Shown one piece after another: positions 59,733 through 64,000 of a stretch of DNA of 64,000 nucleotides (its first letter is position 1; each line of letters starts with the position of its first letter). A program made the position numbers and the translations under genes. Below the pieces are notes generated by a model. It was not told where the DNA came from and ran no database searches. It saw nothing but the letters and a program-made list of their open reading frames with translations. The stretch comes from an uncultured Pseudomonadota bacterium. GTDB taxonomy: Bacteria; Oederibacteriota; Muellerivitia; Muellerivitales; Muellerivitaceae. The DNA is taken from NCBI GenBank assembly GCA_963843375.1, contig CAWJKT010000018.1:1-64000 (forward strand), in the 5' to 3' direction.

Positions 59733-59762
59733 TTGTTCGCGACGGGGACCCGGATTGGACAG
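59733..59762 (+). repeat. Palindromic array site 10
   Basis: TTGTTCGCGACGGG-GA-CCCGGATTGGACAG. Confidence 0.9.
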
Positions 59763-59867
59763 CGTGCCAGGATCAAGGATGCAGCAGCCAGCAGGTGCGG
59801 TTCGATATGAACCAAGTCCTGACGGGGTAACCGCCCGAGGGCCCCGAAGTCAACCTCCGTGGCAAGG
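59762..59867 (+). mobile_element. Possible 5' end (domain I start) of a group II intron, truncated at the adapter
   Basis: Begins GCGTGCCAGG (GUGYG-like). Contains CAGGTGC[GGTTC-GATAT-GAACC]AAGTCCTG, resembling the GGTGNAAGTCC stem, and a CGGGG..CCCCG stem followed by AAGT. Confidence 0.4.
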
Positions 59868-59927
59868 AGCAATATCGTTTTTTTTTTTTTTTTTTTTTTT
59901 TTTGTACACGTTCAGCTTCGTATTGCT
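59868..59927. other. Oxford Nanopore ligation-adapter-like sequence; chimeric junction (artefact)
   Basis: AGCAATATCG, then T26, then GTACACGTTCAGCTTCGTATTGCT. The known adapter is (T)n..GTACTTCGTTCAGTTACGTATTGCT, and its reverse complement begins AGCAATACG. GC content and codon style change abruptly here. Confidence 0.9.
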
Positions 59928-60743
59928 TACTTCCTCGTCGACGACCCGCGCTACGTCACCGGCCAGTTCAATGCGCACATGGCGAGCTGCCTCCTCCTGC
60001 AGGCCGACGAAGCTGTTTGGGCCGCAGACAAAGCGGCCGAAGGACGGCTCAAGGGCCTCATCACTTCGCCTATCCAACAAATCGAGGCAAAGGGCGTCGA
60101 CCCGATCCGGCTCAAAAACTACGTCCGGCTCATCATGACCTCGAACGAACCATGGGTCGTTCCGGCCGGTCGGGACGAACGCCGCTTCGCCGTGCTCGAC
60201 GTCGACCCGCGTTGCGCCGGCAACCACGCCTATTTCGCCGAGATGGAGGCGGAGCTGCGCGACGGCGGCTATGCGGCGCTGCTCCATGACCTGCTCGCCT
60301 TCGACCTCGACAGCGTCAACCTCCGCGTCACCCCCAAGACTGAGGCGCTCCTCTACCAGAAAGAGCGCACGCTCGACCCGATCAGCGCCTGGTGGCTCGA
60401 TCGGCTCGTCGCCGGCCACACGACGCGCGCCGGCGACGCGTGGGAGCCGTACCTGCCCACGAAAACGCTGTTCGACGATTATCTCACGACGGCGGACAAG
60501 GTCGGCGTCAAGCGGAAGGCAGACGAGACCATTTTCGGCCAGGACCTGCGCAAGCTGATGCCGGGAATCGACAGGAAGAAGCGGATCATCGGGGCTGTTC
60601 GGACTTGGTGCTACCTAATCCCCTGTCTCGCCGAGTGCCGCGCCGCCTGGGATGAGGCCATGGGCCAGACCCGCGATTGGCCGCCGGAAGACGAAGACGA
60701 GCCGGATTGGCCTGGCGAGAGAGCGGGGTCGGCCGATTTTTGA
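59928..60743 (+). CDS. C-terminal part of a phage/satellite primase-associated helicase (DUF5906/SF3-like), truncated at the junction
   Basis: GQFNAH...LLLQADEA.W, LKGLIT...IE.KGVD, RLIMTSN..WVVPA..DERRF.V. Confidence 0.8.
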   Translation, partial: YFLVDDPRYVTGQFNAHMASCLLLQADEAVWAADKAAEGRLKGLITSPIQQIEAKGVDPIRLKNYVRLIMTSNEPWVVPAGRDERRFAVLDVDPRCAGNHAYFAEMEAELRDGGYAALLHDLLAFDLDSVNLRVTPKTEALLYQKERTLDPISAWWLDRLVAGHTTRAGDAWEPYLPTKTLFDDYLTTADKVGVKRKADETIFGQDLRKLMPGIDRKKRIIGAVRTWCYLIPCLAECRAAWDEAMGQTRDWPPEDEDEPDWPGERAGSADF

Positions 60744-60754
60744 AAAACCCGACG

Positions 60755-61006
60755 CGCCCCACCTGCCCCACCTGCCGCGGAAGGTGGGGCGCGGAAAAAG
60801 GATAGACGAAACAACGATGTGCCCCACCTGCCCCACCTGCCCCACCTGTTTCCTCGCGCGTGCGCGCGAGCGTGCGCCCCAGGTAGGACTACCTTTTCCA
60901 CTTTTTCTCAAAATAGGTGGGGCAGGTGGGGCAGGTGGGGCAACGCCTTTTCCGTCAACGGGTTGCACGCGCCCCACCTCAAACGGAAGGTGGGGCAAGG
61001 TGGGGC
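60755..61006. repeat. Iteron-like 9-bp CCCCACCTG direct and inverted repeats (putative element replication origin)
   Basis: Two copies at 60756, three at 60821, three inverted at 60915-60941, and further copies at 60782 and 60970-61005. They lie immediately after the primase/helicase gene. Confidence 0.7.
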
Positions 61007-61220
61007 GCGGCCGGGGCGACTGCGCCCGAGAGGACCTATCGACGATCGCGCCGCGGTATCGCGCTAGAACGCGCGCCACCGTGGCGCGCATTGGATATGC
61101 GCTTCAGTGTGAAGCGCATATCGCCAAGCTGCTCCGCCGTGAGGACGCCTGTCGGTCCAGGGGTTTGGGCCACGGTGGCGCAAACCCCGCCACGTGGGCG
61201 GTCACCCGCCGGTCGCCGCC

Positions 61221-61583
61221 GTGATCTCGGAAGACGCGCTCGCTCCCCGCGCTCGCGTCGCCGAGGTTGCGGCGGCGCTTTGCCTGTCGCCACGTGCGGT
61301 GCAGGCGATGGCGGCGCGCGGCGACTTGCCGGGCGCGGCGCAGATCGGCAAGCTATGGACGTTCGATCGAGAAAAGTTGCGGCGCTTCATCGCCGCCAAG
61401 GAGCGCGCATGCGCGAGCGAAACCTCTACCAGCGGGGCGGCATTTGGTGGTTGCGAGCCTCCGTCGACGGAGTCGAACGCCGCGAAAGTTTACGAACGCG
61501 CGATGTCAAGACTGCTCGGAGGATCCGGGACGCGCGGATCGAGGCGTTCACCGCGGCTGCGTTCCGGGGCGAAAAGCGCGTAA
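61221..61583 (+). CDS. Excisionase-like helix-turn-helix protein overlapping the integrase 5' end
   Basis: VAEVAAALCLSPRAVQAMAARGDLPGAAQIGKLWTFDREKLRRFI. Confidence 0.8.
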   Translation: MISEDALAPRARVAEVAAALCLSPRAVQAMAARGDLPGAAQIGKLWTFDREKLRRFIAAKERACASETSTSGAAFGGCEPPSTESNAAKVYERAMSRLLGGSGTRGSRRSPRLRSGAKSA

Positions 61584-62467
61584 GCTGGAAAGAGGCGGTC
61601 GCCGCCTGGGCTGAGCATGAGGCCGTCCAGATCGCGCCGTCGACGGCCAGGCGCTACGCGGTCAGCCTCCTGCAGTGCGAGCCGTTCCTCGAGTTCGTTC
61701 GCCGTCGACGAGATCGACGGAAAGTCCATCTCAGCGCTGATCGCCGGGCGACGGAAGCTCGGGGCGACCCCGGCGACGGTCCGCCGCGACCTGACGGCGG
61801 TCTCCCGGGTCCTCGAGCACGCCGAGGCCGAGGGCTGGCGGGAGGGCAACCCGACGCTGTCGAAGAGGAAGCTGCTCAAGGAGCGCCGCGACCCGATCGT
61901 CCTTCCCGAGCGGGCGGCGATCGAGGCCGTGATCGACGCAGCCACGCCCCGCTTCGGCGCGCTGATCCGCGCCGCCGAGCTCACCGGCGCACGCCAGGAC
62001 GAGCTCGTGCGCGCGACTTGGCGGGCCTTCAACCCGCGCGCCGCCACGCTCGAGATCATCGGCAAGGGAAGGAAGCGCCGCACCATCCGCCTCGACGAAG
62101 CCGCGGCGGCACATTTTCGGCACAGCCGCGGACCCTCGGCGCCGAGCAGCGGATATTCTGCCGCGAGGGCGGCCTGCCGTTCGCCCAGGCCGCGAGCGAC
62201 TTCACCCATCTGCGCCGCCAGGTCGAGGCCCAGGCCGAGCGAGAGGGCCAGCCTTTTCGCCGCTTCCGCTTTCATGACCTGCGCCATCTCTACGCCGTCG
62301 AGGCCCTCCGCCGAGGCGTCGGGATCTATGACCTGTCGAAGCATTTGGGGCACACGTCGGTGAAGACAACCGAGATCTATCTTGCCTTCCTGACCTCGGA
62401 TGAGGCAGAACGAGCCAAGGCCTCGACGGCACAAATTCCGGCACAGTCACGGCGGTTCGCAGGCTGA
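61409..62467 (+). CDS. Phage-type tyrosine integrase, two compensating frameshifts (about 61695 and 62118)
   Basis: NLYQRGGIWW..RESLRTRD, AELTGARQDEL (Arg), GKG.K.R, FHDLRH, HLGH.SV.TTEIY. Confidence 0.9.
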   Translation: MRERNLYQRGGIWWLRASVDGVERRESLRTRDVKTARRIRDARIEAFTAAAFRGEKRVSWKEAVAAWAEHEAVQIAPSTARRYAVSLLQCEPFLEFVRRRRDRRKVHLSADRRATEARGDPGDGPPRPDGGLPGPRARRGRGLAGGQPDAVEEEAAQGAPRPDRPSRAGGDRGRDRRSHAPLRRADPRRRAHRRTPGRARARDLAGLQPARRHARDHRQGKEAPHHPPRRSRGGTFSAQPRTLGAEQRIFCREGGLPFAQAASDFTHLRRQVEAQAEREGQPFRRFRFHDLRHLYAVEALRRGVGIYDLSKHLGHTSVKTTEIYLAFLTSDEAERAKASTAQIPAQSRRFAG

Positions 62468-62501
62468 GCAACCGAGGTAAGCCGTTGAAGTCGCTTAAGA
62501 A

Positions 62502-62591
62502 GGAAGGATGGCCGAGTGGTTTAAGGCAGCGGTCTTGAAAACCGCCGTGGGGGCAACCCCACCGTGAGTTCGAATCTCACTCCTTCCGCCA
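62502..62591 (+). tRNA. tRNA-Ser (anticodon TGA)
   Basis: GGAAGGA/TCCTTCC acceptor stem, D-loop GAGTGGTTTAAGG, anticodon loop CTTGAAA, long variable arm, GTTCGAATC and 3' GCCA. Confidence 0.97.
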
Positions 62592-62744
62592 TTGAGCAAC
62601 TTAACTAGTTGAAAATGTTTGATTTATTTCTCTACCCCTCGTCGTGCGCACAAACATGCGTCCAAGCCTCGTCCGGCTTTCTTCGGATTACGTGGGACGC
62701 TAAGGTCTCCTTCCCTACCAGGTAGAAATCATCGGGAGGATCTG

Positions 62745-63056
62745 ATGACGCAAAATACTGAGCGCGAGGATAAAATCCAGGCCGTGTTCAACGAGGCAGT
62801 GGAAACGGCTAAGGTCACGCTTCCGTGGTATGTGCGTGTGGGTTTTCCAGAAAATTCAGACGCCGCCACCGTCACTATTACGTTTTACGGCGTAAAAGGA
62901 CCTTTTGACGTAACCTTTTTTGTTAAGCCAGACGATGGTATAATTGCGAAGCGGCCCGACGGCAGATTAATAGCCGGAGTAGGCAATTTATACGATGACA
63001 ATGTCGCAGACGCGGCCGCTCACATCATGAAAGCTGTGGCCGACGAACAGGCGTGA
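62745..63056 (+). CDS. Hypothetical protein
   Basis: ATG after the RBS GGAGGA; lower GC than its neighbours. Confidence 0.55.
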   Translation: MTQNTEREDKIQAVFNEAVETAKVTLPWYVRVGFPENSDAATVTITFYGVKGPFDVTFFVKPDDGIIAKRPDGRLIAGVGNLYDDNVADAAAHIMKAVADEQA

Positions 63057-63138
63057 GAACCGCCCCAAAGGACTCTTCCCTGTCCTGGCACCAGGGCCGC
63101 AGTGCGCGCCACGATCGCGCCGCGGCGATGGGTGCAAC

Positions 63139-63333
63139 TCAGGACGATGCGCCACCCCTGGCCACGGAATGAACCTCGCGCCCGTAGGCGTCGAGCACGC
63201 GCATGGTGACGGCGTCGGGCGGCCAATCCGCGTCCACAATAAGCTCGATCACACGCGTGACGTTTTGAGCGGTGTCGATCCATTCACGAATGACTTTGCC
63301 CGCACCGTCGAGGAATTGGATTCGGTATTGCAT
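63139..63333 (-). CDS. Small hypothetical protein
   Basis: MQYRIQFLDGAG.VIRE..., 1 bp from the upstream ORF's stop. Confidence 0.55.
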   Translation of the reverse strand: MQYRIQFLDGAGKVIREWIDTAQNVTRVIELIVDADWPPDAVTMRVLDAYGREVHSVARGGASS

Positions 63334-63334
63334 G

Positions 63335-63601
63335 TCAGCGGTCCCAAGGGCGGCGCTCGAGCATCCGGGTTGCAGTGTCGAGGCCGATCCTCTTCCCCGT
63401 CATGCGCGCCACGATGAGCGCGACGCGCCGCCAGTGCTCAGGCGTCCGGCCGGCGTGCGTTGTCCCATCCGGCAGGACCACGTCACGCTGCCGCCAACGG
63501 GCCTCCGCATAGGCCCTGCCACCATGGTCGCGGATCAAGGCCTCGGCGTCGGCCTGCGCCAGCCGTTCGGCTTCTTTGCGGCGCCGGAGCCATCGCAGCA
63601 T
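63335..63601 (-). CDS. Small hypothetical protein
   Basis: MLRWLRRRKEAERLAQADAEALIRDHG..AY.EAR..HWRRVAL.VAR; start chosen after a GGGGGA RBS. Confidence 0.6.
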   Translation of the reverse strand: MLRWLRRRKEAERLAQADAEALIRDHGGRAYAEARWRQRDVVLPDGTTHAGRTPEHWRRVALIVARMTGKRIGLDTATRMLERRPWDR

Positions 63602-63701
63602 TTCCGGTCCCCCTTGCGCACGCTCTTGTCCGCCCATACCTGCGCCGCAGTGTCCAAACTGTCCAGCGCCGCAAAAGATCGGCGAGCCCGAGCCTCTCAA
63701 C

Positions 63702-63917
63702 ATGATCCGCATCGCCATCACTGAGGCCGCCCTCGTCGCCATCGGCGAGATCCTGCCGGAAGGAACCGTGCTGCAGATAGACCGACGCCGCGGGCAATGC
63801 TTCATCCACCTCGAGGAGGCGATCGTCGATCGTCTTGGGGCCATGCGCGGGCCGCGGGAGAGCTATTCCGACGTCATCTTTCGACTCGCTCAACTGGAGG
63901 CGAACCGGCTCGCCTGA
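63702..63917 (+). CDS. Small hypothetical protein
   Basis: MIRIAITEAA..AI...LP....IVDRL.AMRGP.ESYSDVI.RLA. Confidence 0.6.
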   Translation: MIRIAITEAALVAIGEILPEGTVLQIDRRRGQCFIHLEEAIVDRLGAMRGPRESYSDVIFRLAQLEANRLA

Positions 63918-64000
63918 AACCAAACGTCTTCGCGCTCGGAATGCCCCGTTCCGGCGTCTTGCGGCGGGACAGGATGCCTGAACACGACTGATGATAGTTC

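Noticed and set aside
47184..59762. 30-bp palindromic repeats read as a CRISPR array
   Set aside because: Intervals are about 290-4660 bp and contain genes, the repeats are too divergent, and no cas genes are visible.
47184..59762. Repeats read as classical integron attC sites
   Set aside because: They are too short and lack RYYYAAC/GTTRRRY ends and the extrahelical-base pattern; no IntI is present.
47184..59762. Repeats read as intrinsic terminators
   Set aside because: There is no consistent U-tract, the stems are mismatched around a 2-nt centre, and length and outer sequence are conserved, unlike the real terminators in this window.
59707..60419. ORFs with poly-Phe or poly-Lys tracts, including the N-terminus of 59859-60743
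   Set aside because: Produced by translating through the adapter poly-T.
60917..61408. N-terminal 164 aa of the 516-aa ORF 60917-62467
   Set aside because: Read-through of the GC-rich iteron/xis region; the integrase starts at ATG 61409.
61409..62467. Tyrosine integrase as the recombinase of the cassette array
   Set aside because: It lies beyond the adapter junction in compositionally different DNA and is a phage-type integrase paired with xis and a tRNA.

Overview
The window joins two unrelated DNAs at a Nanopore-adapter-like sequence (59868-59927). The 1-59867 segment is a moderate-GC bacterial chromosome with many single-base frameshifts, probably from unpolished long reads. It carries three GT9 glycosyltransferases, ilvE, a YfhO-type membrane protein, bioB, a 3364-aa Thr-rich secreted protein with nested tandem repeats, YccA, a serine hydrolase, a methyltransferase/unknown/adenylate-cyclase operon, glycerate kinase, acs, type III glutamine synthetase, glutaredoxin, dienelactone hydrolase, mutY, a second cyclase, an ABC transporter and an LmtA-like methyltransferase. 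The main unexplained structure is at 47184-59762. There, ten co-oriented copies of a 30-bp imperfect palindrome (consensus about TTGTCCACGRCGGG-GA-CCCGGATTGGACAA, 14-2-14) separate unrelated, co-oriented, mostly secreted or membrane genes, about one gene per interval. This looks like an integron-like gene-cassette array built on a non-attC recombination site. An inverted copy at 18731 precedes a minus-strand gene. No cognate recombinase is visible on this side of the junction, and the last site is followed by what may be the 5' end of a group II intron. The 59928-64000 segment is high-GC, alphaproteobacterial-like DNA with a primase/helicase fragment, iteron-like repeats, an excisionase, a tyrosine integrase, tRNA-Ser(TGA) and small hypothetical genes.
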